A DNA stretch of 64,000 nucleotides from Camelus ferus (Eukaryota), in the NCBI RefSeq assembly GCF_009834535.1, contig NC_045697.1, forward strand, positions 78,680,001 to 78,744,000. Reading direction: 5' to 3'. Of the stretch, positions 25,390-37,200 are shown piece after piece. A program made the position numbers and the translations under genes. Position 1 is the stretch's first letter. Each line of letters starts with the position of its first letter. Below the pieces are notes generated by a model, which did not search any database, had not been told where the DNA came from, and was given only the letters and a program-made list of their open reading frames with translations.

Positions 25390-27310
25390 AAATATTTAAT
25401 ATTTATTAATAGATTATTATGTGCACTATCCTAATGTTTTATCTGTGGAACTTACAGATAAGGGTAAGAGGATGAATTTTGGCAGAAAGATCAGACTCAA
25501 CCCAGAGATGAGACACCAGATAGAAAGAACTTCATAGTCCTGTGTACCCAATGTTTGTGTACCTGGGAAAATGGTAGTGATAAAACTAGATATGCAGGTT
25601 AAGGTCAATTTTTGGAGAACTCTCTGGATACCAGGCTAAAAAAAATTAGGTTTTATCTTAGAAAAATAAAATAGAGTCAGATTAGGTTTTTAGCAAAAGA
25701 GTCATATAATCATATATGAATTTTGAGAAAAAAAATTAAGTTAGAAAGATAAAAAAAATGGATTGGAGTTGGTGGCTCCAGAATAAACAAAAACAAAAAT
25801 AAATCAAAAACTAAAATATAGCAAGATTACTCAAAAAGTTCAAAGAAGAAATGGAAGAAGTTTGAACTTTTAAACTGGGAGGATGAATGGATCTAGGAGG
25901 GGTGGATATAACAGGTCTTCTGGAAACAGAATTGACAGACTTTGGTGGATAAATGGATACCAATAGTAATGACAAGAGAGGAGTCTTCAAGATATTCATG
26001 TCATATTTCCAGTAAGCATTCAGAAATGTGTCTTTAATTCCAGAGAGAGGGCAGAGCCAGAAACAATGATAGATGATGGAGAGATGATAGGTCATTGGTA
26101 GACAGATGGCTAGAGTTCACAGTTCCATCATATATTTAGGATGCAGTATACATACTGTATGTAAAATGCATGGATGATTTTCATCTCCTACATGAAAAAG
26201 TGTGAGAGTTCAGGCCACTAGAGTAAATGAAGAAAACAAAATCCCTCATGGAGAGACAATAAGAAGTAACAAGAGAAAAGCTAAAGATAGACCTTTGGGA
26301 AACTGGCTCCACATAAGGGACAGATGCAAGAAAAGGAAGCACCACAGGAGATAAGAACATTAAAACAGAAAAAGTCAAAAAGAGAGGAGGAGACATAGCA
26401 AGGAAGAAAGTCACAGAACCCCAAGGAAAGAGATTTCAAGAAAGTAGAAGCATCCATCCATGCCAAATGCTGCAGAGCAATGACCAAGAAGAGGCCACTG
26501 ATCAGGCGATCAGAAAATCTCTACTGCATCATTAACCGTTTGGAGACAGCAGGGTAGGAATCAATGGACAGGGAAGCAGCGCAAGCAAAACTTTCAAACT
26601 TTTATGGAAGAGTTGACAGTGAAGAGCTGGATTAGCTTGAGAGAAAGAGGATTCTTCTTTCTTTAAAAGATCAGAGTAGACTTTTTTAAAATGTCTAACA
26701 GGAAAGAAATGAAAGGAAAAGGGATACATTTTTAAATATCCTAGATAGAGAGTGACAGAGCGAGATTTAGGGGAAGATGAAACAGGCCTTGATGAGGAAC
26801 ATCGCAAGGACGAGCCCAGGAAGAACACAAACCTCTACATGAGGCAGAAAGAAGGGTTAAAAAAAACTGGGTGAAGACAGGTTATTTTGAGCCACTGAAG
26901 AGAGAAGCTGATAGATTTTTAACAATGTGTGTGTGCATGTGCAGTATAAGTTTAATTATTTTGCTTCCTCTAGAGCAAAGACTGAGATGAGCTCATTTAC
27001 TAAAAGAGAGAGGGAAAATCAAGTTGGGCAGAGGTTTGGGGGAGAGAAAAAGTTTTGAAATTTCCCCTTTGAGAGAGAGAGAGACTAGCTGACTAGAGAT
27101 TAGTAAGAGGATTGCTGAACAATTGTCAGGCTCAGTTTCAAATGCTGGCATTCTAAATAGCAGAGGTGAGTATTTTTCTCCATCAGCACCCCTAATCTAG
27201 AGGGAGAGAAGGATTCCGTTGTTTCAAGGCCGGGCATTCTTTCTCGTCTGCGTGGAACAGCAAAAGGACAAAAGAAATAAGAATGGTTTTAAGACAGTTC
27301 TTAGAATAGT
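25390..27310 (-). mobile_element. Long degenerate L2 LINE remnant (fragmented)
   Basis: Starts with the L2 tail reversed (aatatttattaatagattattatgtgc); long purine-rich body with gaattgacagactttggtggataaattg-like and gccaaatgctgcagag motifs. Confidence 0.7.
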
Positions 27311-27376
27311 TGAGCCAGGAATCTTATTTTAGTTTTCCCATCAGAGAACAGAGAAGAGGGAGGGTGAACAACAGTA

Positions 27377-27447
27377 ATGATGATGATGGTAGTGGTGGTG
27401 GTGATAGCGGTAGTGGTGGTGGTGATAGCGGTGGTGGTGGTGGTGGC
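27377..27447. repeat. (GGT/GAT)n low-complexity tract containing a 21-bp tandem unit
   Basis: ggtagtggtggtggtgatagc repeated twice, followed by (ggt)n. Confidence 0.9.
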
Positions 27448-28764
27448 AACAAACACTATGTAGCTCTCGCTGTGCTCAGCACTGTTCTACGTATTTTACG
27501 TATATTAAACCTTTTAATCTATGTAAGGTCATGTAGTAAGTGCAAAAAATAGGTTTATTTCCTAACCAGATGTACACTCCACATCATACTCACATTTTTG
27601 TTTTATTTGTAAATGCTTCTGTGTATAACACATCATTTCCAGGACACATGAGCAATTTATTCCCACTTTTCTAATTCACATTCTAGATAACTCCAGTTTA
27701 CCATGTGCAATATTTAGCTCATTTTCCAAACATCACATTAATGCATGATTTAGGAAGTAAACAATAGTTGAAAATAAAATCTTCTTGGATATTCTTTTGT
27801 TTTAAAATCTGAAGGGTTCAGTAATCCTTTAAATCTGTAATCACTAAAAAGAAATCCATTGTCACTAAATCACATGTAGTTCTAGAGAAACCACATAATG
27901 CAAAGTTCTCCAGAGAATAATTATCGTTATTGTGACTATTAAACAGTAATAGTATGTTGCAAGGCCATTTACACATGCATGCTGTTTTATTTGACATTAT
28001 TGAAGTCTTTATTCTCTTGCTTTGAGTTGAGGTTATAGCAAATTCAATCATGGTAAAAAAATTACCAGAGGTGAAAAAGCAGTTCTCTAGTATTTGAAAA
28101 AAAAAAAAAAAAGAATATTCAACAAGATGCATAAAAAAGGAGATATACTTGAATTAAAGCTGGCCTACTAGGCCACATCTACCATAAAAATTTATAACTC
28201 TGAAATAATCTATAAATTGATCAATTTTAAAATGATAGCCAGAAAGCTACATATATAATCCCTGTATGTTTGATTATATTATTAATATTAGTAAATATCA
28301 TACATTTCTTTTTAAAGTTTTGAAGTTATGAGAAAATTACTTAGTATAATTAATGATAATTTTTACAATTCTGAATACCTATAACATTTTTGTTTCTACT
28401 GATCTTTTCTTCTTTCCCTAAATATCACACACGTCTTCTAAATTTAAATTAAGAAAATATTCCTGCTTTTATTATTATTTTAAGATATTTTTCCCCCATA
28501 GGTAGCCTTTCCTAGTCCATTACTCCTTTGTGAGACCTTTTTTTAATTCTATCTGTGGTGTCTTTCGTTCCTTCTAATTTTGCATTATGAAAATACTGGG
28601 AGCCTCATCTTTTAATTTTCAACTAACTTTTCTGCATAAGATTAAATATAAATTTTTCCTTGTAACAACATCTGATCTTTAATAAATGATGTCATAGTTT
28701 CCAATATATTATGCTGATAATTATTAATAGAACTTAAATTTTTGTGGAATTTTCTTTGCCTCTT

Positions 28765-28880
28765 TAAAAACTGAGAAACTAGAATGAGCAGAGGAGATTA
28801 AATGACTCATTCAGAGTCACAGATCAAGTAGAAGATTGTGGACTGGAACGAGTATCTCCTGATACTCAGAATCTTACCCC
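28765..28880 (-). mobile_element. MIR fragment
   Basis: tgagaaact...gagattaaatgactcattcagagtcacag...ggactggaac...tctcctga. Confidence 0.65.
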
Positions 28881-29675
28881 ATGAGTCAAACACACGGAGA
28901 AGGCTGTACTCAAACCCTCCCATCTCCATTCTCCAAACCCTCAGTCTATCTAAGGTTAATTTTTTAATCTGTCTAGGATGGCATTTGTAAATTGTCAGAA
29001 GCTTGAGTAGCCTCTGTACAAAAAGCCCTCATGTATAAACATCTCTGAAAGAGGAAAATGATAGATAACAAATTGGGCATATTTTATCTTCCCAGCTTCA
29101 GCCTTTTGCTAGCTTATACATTTTTGGAGGGGAGCTATAACGCTATTGAATTGATGACGGCAACAGATAAGAATTTAGAGACAGGAAGATTCCTTCTGAC
29201 AGACATTTCCCAGACAAACTGATAGCACTTAAGAGTTTAAGTGACACCTCTTCTCTAAAATCTTAAGAACAAAAACCAAAAAAAAACCAAAAAAAACCAT
29301 CAGATCTCATGGCATCAGGTGTGAACTGCAACACAACTCATCTGCTGGATTACATCATATTGCCCTATAAGCTTTATGCTAACAAATCATATAGAATATA
29401 ACTCCACTTCTTTTCCTCTAAAAAGTAATTAGGCAAAATTTTTTCTCTTATTTTCATTTAGCTTTGATTGAGAAACAGCTGGCTGCCAAGAAGAACTTTC
29501 CATTAGACATTCAACATAAGAAGTATCTTTACTTTTGTGTCAATTAAAATACAATTTTTATTTATAATTTATAATTTGACAATAACCTGGACATATAAAC
29601 ACATTTAATTAAAATATTAATAAATCATGTATCAGACGAAAAGTTATATAAAATTACAACTGTCTTTGTAGATTC

Positions 29676-29748
29676 TTTTTTTTAAATTACCTTTTTATTT
29701 TTTATATAATTTTAAAGGTTACTTTCTCATTTAAAGTTATTATGAAAT
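29676..29748 (-). mobile_element. Very short L1 3' end with poly(A) tail (cetartiodactyl-like)
   Basis: T-rich tail followed by ataattttaaaggttactttctcatttaaagttattatgaaata, as I recall for artiodactyl/cetacean L1 3' termini. Confidence 0.55.
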
Positions 29749-29859
29749 AAGTTCTTAATAACACCAAAGCAGTTTTCTAATCCATCACTACAGTGACTTT
29801 TAAAGAATAAAGAAGGGACAGAGTATTATGTCAAAAACCATTCATGGCCAGCAACCAAG

Positions 29860-30005
29860 GGGCCTAAATTTGAGTTGCAGGTCTCTCATAAACCACATTG
29901 AAGGCCTTAAACAAGTTGCTTTTGCTCTCTGAGCCATAGTTTCCTCATTTTTAACACTGATGAGAGAGTAGGTGATTTTCAGACCCTTTGGAGTCCTATA
30001 TTGTA
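29860..30005 (+). mobile_element. MIR3-like SINE
   Basis: ccttaaacaagttgctt...ctctctgagccatagtttcctcattttt. Confidence 0.7.
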
Positions 30006-30783
30006 TATGCAGAGATAACATATTCCTATATACTAGTGTATCAGTATATTAGCTATGGAAGGGAGAATTGCCTCAGCGCTCAGCTGGCCTGCTGGATGGC
30101 TGGCCTGTCTGCTAAAGCACCTTTGGCCAGATGGGAATTTTATGTAAAACTGATACAGTCTTTCTCCCGATTCGAAAGACTCACAGGATTTCTGGAACCT
30201 CTTCAAAACAACTCTTACCAAACACATTTCGATGAGTTATGTCTACACTGATCAGAAACATATGGATTGAATTTTCTTAAGATTTAAAAATTATATAAAA
30301 AGAGCATAACAACATGAATTTTGAATTTTCCAAAGCTAAAAAATTAAATCATATAAGACACTCTGTAGAATCAAGAAACCAGAGTTCTTCCCACTCTAAT
30401 GCTGGGTCCCTGTTAGAGAGGCTCCTTTGCTACCCGCTATGTTATTTCCTTTTTTCTCAAACTATGATTAGGGGATTGAGCAGTCAGTTAGTTTTATTTA
30501 TTTTATTTTACATTGGCTGGTGTTTGAGGAAAATCAGACTGGAATTCATAAGCCCCACACGCCTAAAGAGAGCAGCTATTTATCAGCACTCCTTTAGGTC
30601 AGATGGCCTCACTAACATTTGTTAGTAGCTTAAAAATGTGCCCTTAATCAAAAAAACCAGGTCAAAGAGTAGGGATGAACAAGATCTATTACTATCAACA
30701 GATGAATGACTCCAAGTGCACCCCTTCCCAAAAGAGAATCAGGATAGGAAGGAATGTGGGAAATGATGACACAACGTCTAGTA

Positions 30784-31001
30784 CTGCATCACTCAGTACA
30801 GTAGCTACCAGCCACATGTGGTTACTTAAATGTGAGTTTAAATTTAAATTAAATTAAATTAAATTAAAAATTCAGCTTTCATCTGTTGCAAGAACCACAT
30901 CTTAAGCTCCCAACAGACACATGTGGCAGGTAACTGCTCTACTGGGTAGTGCAGACATACAACACTTCCATCATCACAGAAAGCTCTACTGGCCAGAGCT
31001 G
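30784..31001. mobile_element. MER3-like hAT-Charlie MITE
   Basis: gtagctaccagccacatgtggttactt...(ttaaa)n...cacatgtggc...acttccatcatcacagaaagctctactggccagagctg. Confidence 0.85.
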
Positions 31002-31294
31002 GCCCAACGTAATGCCTGGCATGTAACAGATACTCCATGAAAATTAAAGAAAATAATGATAAAACAGTAAGGACATTTTGAATACCTAAGATAAATCGAG
31101 TAAAGCTTATTTTCAAAGGAAATAAATTTCCTCTTCCTGCTTTTAACAATACTCAAGATTTGCCACAATCTTCAACTTTTGGGGCTATTTTAATATACAG
31201 GCTATGACAGAAAGTCATAGTCAGCTGACATAATTGAAGTAATTTCTAATAGTAACTATACAACATCAATTCAGCTGTATTTTTCTCATTTATC

Positions 31295-31585
31295 ATTAAT
31301 ACTACCTTGCATTTGTATACATTTAATTATATGAAACTATTCAGTATACAAAACTTTGCATATTCATTTCAGCTTCACAGAACTCTGAGACCTAAAGAGT
31401 ATCGACCCTGTTCTATAGATAGGGAAACACACTGTTGACACCAAATGACATGGTTCCACAGCTATATTCAAATTTAGAGGAATTAAAGGGTTGTTTACAG
31501 TAGCACAATTAGTAACAGAATGCATTTAGGGCTTAATACCCATTCTTCCAGCTTAAAGTCTAGAGCTGTTGACACTAAACTATGT
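31295..31585 (-). mobile_element. MIR SINE (degenerate)
   Basis: ttcacagaactctgaga...tatagatagggaaac...ttagaggaattaaagggttg...agcacaattagtaa...aaagtctagagct. Confidence 0.55.
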
Positions 31586-32159
31586 AGCTCTTCAGCGGAT
31601 CAGTCAATCAACACATAATGTATATACTTGGATAAAGAAATACCTTTACAGTTCCTAACTCATATACTAGTATAAAAAAAAAGACATCAGTAACAAAACT
31701 ACTAGAAAAAAAGATGTATGCCTAGATGTTCAGTTTGTAAATTTTAGCCTAAAATGCCAGGTCTGAAGTAGTAAACTGTAAATTTGACACACTGGTCATC
31801 CTGCACAGCGCCAGGGAGCATGTGCAAACTGTGGCCCACATGGTCAGCAGCACACTTCCCGTCTCCAGGGGATTTCATTCACATTTACTACAATGTGCAT
31901 TGCTTCCTGAGGTTGGACAACATCAGAACCCTTCAACTTTGGCAAAATCAACCTTGACATTTAGTTATCATATTCTTTACATATCAAATGTTGCTGAATT
32001 GGCTGAGCTAAGTTGAAGCATTTTGGGAATAGTGGTAAAAATATTTAGGGCTATCATGTTATTTTTAAATGTTTTCTGACACTTTGTTATTTAACAGAGA
32101 CTTTCAGGTGCTATATACAGAGAGAATATATATTACACCTCTGTAAGAGAAGAAATGCA

Positions 32160-32372
32160 GTATTGTACCCACTAGCACAGGCTCTCAAGTAAGACTGCCT
32201 GGGTTCAAATTACAAACCACGTAATGTTGAGCAAGTTACTTAATCTCTCTGGTCTTCAGTTTCCTCATCTGTAAAACTGGCATAATAAATTGCTTTCCTC
32301 CAGATTTAAATAAACACAGGTTAGGTATTAAGCATAGCACTTAGCACATAATAAGGGCCCTAATAAATATTG
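32160..32372 (+). mobile_element. MIR SINE
   Basis: gactgcctgggttcaaat...gagcaagttacttaatctctctggtcttcagtttcctcatctgtaaaa. Confidence 0.9.
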
Positions 32373-32439
32373 CACTTTGCTGTTGCTGCTGCTGCAGTTG
32401 TGATGATGCTGATGAGAACAATGACTTGAAATCACCTAC

Positions 32440-33012
32440 TGTGATGATTCGTTTCCAGAGATGGCCCCCAGTGAGCAATAAGCAACGAGCCTCCCAGTAT
32501 TCATGCCTTTGTGTGATCTGCTTCCACACTGGATACTGGACTGACCTGTGACTGCCATCGACCAGCAGAATGTGGTAGAAGTGACACCATTCCAGTTTTG
32601 AACCTAAGCCTAAAAAATACCTGTAGCTGTGAGCTACTCCTCATGCACTTTTGGGAGCCTTTGAGCCACCTTATAAGAAGTTCAACTAACCTGATAGAGA
32701 GCATGTAGAGAAACCAGGTGGAAAGACTACAAAGAGAGAGACTCCATAAAGAGATAAAGAGGCCTAGCCACCTGATTATCCCAGTTGAACTCAGCTTTCC
32801 AATCACTCCTCCCAAGGCACTGGAAACCACCTTTGATGTTCTAGTTTTGGACGTTTGGCCACAGCCATATGAGTGACCCCAAGAGAGACCAGCAGCAGAA
32901 TCATCCAGCCGAGCCTTAGTCAAGAAATATGAAAAATAACTAAATGTCACTATTTTAAGCCATCTGGTGGTAAAGTGGTTTGTCTATTAAGCAGCAACAA
33001 GTAACCCAAACA
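32440..33012 (+). mobile_element. MaLR solo LTR (MLT1 F/G/H-like)
   Basis: TG...CA ends; cagaatgtggtagaagtgac; gagtgaccccaagagagaccagcag; gcagcaacaagtaacccaaaca; flanks cctac / cctaa form a 4-of-5 TSD match. Confidence 0.85.
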
Positions 33013-33887
33013 CCTAATATTAGTTACAAAACTACAAATCAATTGTCAAAAGCACTGTAACCAGAGACGCTTCTTTAAAGCTCTCTACCCTTGTACTTCT
33101 GATGAATTTTTGTTTATTGTATCTGTCATATCTACCTCATATCTAATTTTTCCTAACACAGACTGTTTGCTATGTTTAAGCAACTCTACTTGACCTATCC
33201 TTCACATAACATCTTTCTTCCATTTCTACATCTTTTATCTATGGCCTTTTCACTATCTGTAACAGTCCCCTCTTCCTCAGAAGTCCATCTGTTTTCATAT
33301 TCTGCTTCCAGGTAGCCTGCCTCCACCTTACTTCTACTCTTCCTTGGCTCACGTATACACATTCTGTGCCACAAAAATGCACTGATACATATACTTAGAG
33401 TATATGGTTTATTTAGGATTAAGTCTCATTTGTGCCTCAATCTGATTTCTTCTTAAGAACAGCAGTCTATTGTTTTCTATCTTTACACAGTATTTAGTAT
33501 ACCACACAGCTCTACACATAGACTGTCTCCCAGAGGCAAACTAACATTACCAAGCTCTAGAAATAGCTGACTGTAATACCAATGTTAGTTCATTAACTTA
33601 TAATAAGAATAGTGGTTTTTAAAGTAACAACACTAGACAATGATTTCCTCATATTATGGTATTTTTAACCTGTTGGCAGTCAGCATGGAAAGCCAATTAT
33701 AATCAAAAGCTTGCTTGATGAAGGTGGAATGCTACTTATGCAATTTGTTCATATAAGGGCATCCACCTAAGAGAATCTCATGTATCCACATCCACAGCAA
33801 GGTTGTACCCATTGCCCAGCTATGCAAATCCTCAGGCCAGGCATACTCTTTCCTACACTGTATTGAATAAATGCTCTTTAACTGAAT

Positions 33888-34000
33888 TTTCATTCATTAA
33901 AAAACATTTACTAAGCATCAACCATATGTCAAGCATTAGAGATAAAGCAATGACCTAAGGAGACAAAAATCATCATTCTAAAGGAAGTTAACATTCTAGG
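33888..34000 (-). mobile_element. L2 3' end
   Basis: ttcattcattaaaaaacatttactaagcatcaaccatatgtcaagca. Confidence 0.75.
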
Positions 34001-35374
34001 AAAAGTTTCTAGCTTACTGCTAAGCTCTCCAAAATATATTCTACAAAACAAACATAAGTTCATATGTATACAGCTATTGCTTTTCTCTATTTGAAAATTT
34101 TTATTTTAGCAGAATTTTGAAACTATAAAGCCACCAGAATAAGCAAATATGCACTGACACTGAGATTAAGAACTGCAGATGGCCAGATATGTAAACAGTT
34201 AAACAATACTTCTCCGTGCATGAGTGTAAAGCATTAAATCCTTGTATTCACATAGAATCATTACAGCCCTTTATTTTAAAAATGATTTAGAATTTTAAAA
34301 CAAATCCAGAGCAACCATCTAGTGCAATCTATGATCTCTGATACCTCTTTTAATACTTAATTCTTTTAAAATTGCCAAACTATCTAGAAGTGAAAAGAGA
34401 ATTTTATTTGATAAAATCTGTTACCCCATCGCTGTCAGTATAAGTCTCATCATCACTTAACAGGAAACAAATATGCTTTGCATTTGACTAACCTAATAAG
34501 GTATCCAAAGGATTTTAAAAATACTTAACTGAGTTTAGTAGAAGTCCTCTCCACCCCACCCCACCAACTTTCTACGCTTTAAAAGTATAAGTATTTAGCC
34601 TTCAGTAATACGGCTTGAATGACCTGAAAATGTCTATAAACACATTTTCCCTGCTTATCTAGGGTCCCCCTCTGTTCATTGGGATCAATGTTTAGGTTGT
34701 TTCCAGAGAGGGGACAGCACCTTGTCAATGCCTGTAACATGTCAAAGGGTCATCTGAGCTTGAATCCACCATTGGAGCCTAGAAGGAATGCATTTACTTT
34801 TAACAGGCTACAGTTTCAGCCTGTGAAAAATTAGTATGTCAAAGGATAGCCATTTAAGGAGGGTTAGCGTGAAGTTACTCCACCATTAGGCCTATTGGAG
34901 AGAAATGATCAGCACTTCAAGGAAACTCCAGAGCATTGATGGAAACAGGAAATGATGGCAACAAGGTAAATAACAAAATACTACCCATGGTAGTAATGAT
35001 GCTAATGATAAAATCAGTGCTATGGAATTCAAAGGTTAACAAATTTGAATTACTAGATATGATTCCTAAAAATATTCCTCACTATAACTTAATGCTGTTT
35101 TTCGCTAACAAAGACCTCTGTAATAGAGATACTTTATCAACATGTTTATTAACACCTTGCATTTTCTATTTTATAAAAGTACAAGACACTTTGTAGCTCA
35201 TTTTATTTTTGTCTCATTTAGACTCTTTCTACTTATCAATGCAAGCATGTGATTCATATTTCTTTGAAAGTTTTGACTACAAGTCTTAGCTTGTGAAAAA
35301 ATCAGAGCTTTTAAGATCAAATTCACTGACCTGGTCAAAGAGAAAGTTATGTGTGGCTCAATAACACATTAAAA

Positions 35375-35550
35375 AGAGCATAAAGTCAGTCATTTATTAG
35401 CTGATTCTCATAGGATAGGTATTTAACTTCTGTTTCCTCATCTACTAAAATAAGTATAATAATACCACTTCAAAAGGTTGTTATCAGATGGAATGAGTGT
35501 GAAATGTCTCTAATGTTGCCAAGCCCATAAAGGTTAGTTACATATTTATT
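35375..35550 (+). mobile_element. MIR SINE
   Basis: ataggtatttaacttctgtttcctcatctactaaaat...ataataatacc...ggttgtt. Confidence 0.7.
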
Positions 35551-36999
35551 ACAGAATATATAAAAGAACAAGTCATACTAGAAAGAGTGAAATTGAAGAA
35601 ATTCATAAGCATCCAAAATGCTTAATATTAATCATCACCATCATGCAACTCAACCAGGCTTCCTCAGAGGACTAAAAGGGTCACCATTCCACACTAAATC
35701 ATTTTCATTAAGTGCACAAGCTTCAGGGGACTAAAAACAGTTTGATTTAGCAATTCAAAAGCAAAGGTACAAGGATTTCCTTAAGGTATATGTAAACATG
35801 GGCTTAAGCCAGGAGCTCTGTAGGCCCCTGGGGCTGGCGCTTGTTTGCAAATGAACCCATCCTTTGGACAGAGAACGGAGTACAGTTTGAAATTCAGTCT
35901 TGTGTGGAAGTTCCTGATCATCGGGTTTATACAGTCAAAACAGTGTTGACAAAGGAGATTTCTGAACTGCAAAGAAACTGTAGACAAGGCAAACACCCAT
36001 TCTGGTTTGGTTTGAGAGCAGTTCTTTGCAAAATAAAGGCTATGGGTTAAATGGCTTTTTCGAAGGGCAGAAAGCTGAGTGAATTTTATGCTCCTTTCTT
36101 TTCTATTATCTTTCTAATATATCATCTAAATCCTTACTGTTACAGTCCCTTCCTCATCACTTCACTGGAAAGAGAACAATTCAGAATCGCATGTATTATT
36201 CCTAAGAAAGCCTGACCTATGCAAAATCTCGTAAGAGGATTAGCACCGACTCCTTGCCTGCTGTGCTTTTATTCATGCAGGGTTCATAAAGGCCCACTGC
36301 CGATTCCCATTTAGCTTGTTATCCACTCTAATCCCATTATTTTTCTGCTACTGCCGCCTTACTCTGAACTGTTCAGTCTCTGTCCTTAGGACAGTTTTCT
36401 CCTCACAGGTGAATCATTCTTTATTGTCTCCATCAGACACAATTGATTTGTCAAAGGCATTTTGAAATGCAGTGCTCTCTTACAGGATTTTGCTTTCTAG
36501 GTACAGTGAAATGCCTGCAGAGATCTGCAAAATTGACAAATAAAATTATCATCCACATTTACTGAATAAACATAAAAAATGTTATGGCATTGTACAGATT
36601 ACAGTGGATAATATAAAGATGCATAATGCATCGTCCCTATTCAAACTGCCCACAGAGGCCTGACACCCAGAAAAGATAACCAGAAGTACAAAGCGGTGTG
36701 CGGAGTTCAAGAAAAGAGAGCACTCTGAGAGGAGGAAGCCAAGGTAGTTAAGGTTAGGATGTTGTTGAAGACAAAGAAAGGAAATACAAATGACAAGGGC
36801 AAGGGAAGCAGTTTTAGTAAAGACACAGAAGATTTCTGGAGCCCATCTGGATCATAACAAGAGGACTAGGGTGCCTGAAATCAGGACTTTCACCCAGAGG
36901 CTTAGAGAAAGAAAACTTAGGGGGAGACAGCCTTGCACCACACTGTGGAGAATACTCTGTACCAGGTCAGGGCTGTCAAGCATATTCAACAAGGTTGTA

Positions 37000-37200
37000 C
37001 TGTGTGGTGGTTAAAGTACAATCTGAAAAGAAGAGTTCAAACCCAGGCATTGCTACTAACTGGCTATGAGTCCTGGGAGAGTTACTTGCATTTATTTTTT
37101 TCAGGTGTAAAGTGAGAATCTCAGCACTTGCCCCTTACAGAGAATGTGCGGGTACATAAGACAATAGTAATACAGTATTTTTCCCGTGGTGTGTGGGATT
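37000..37200 (+). mobile_element. MIR SINE
   Basis: gtggttaaag...gagttcaaacccagg...tgctactaactggctatgagtcctgggagagttactt. Confidence 0.75.

Noticed and set aside
27310..27552. Gly/Asp/Ser-rich 80-aa ORF
   Set aside because: Translation of a (GGT)n simple repeat between L2 and MIR fragments.
32501..32950. Longest ORF (149 aa, minus strand)
   Set aside because: Lies wholly within the MLT1 LTR on its antisense strand; a chance open frame.
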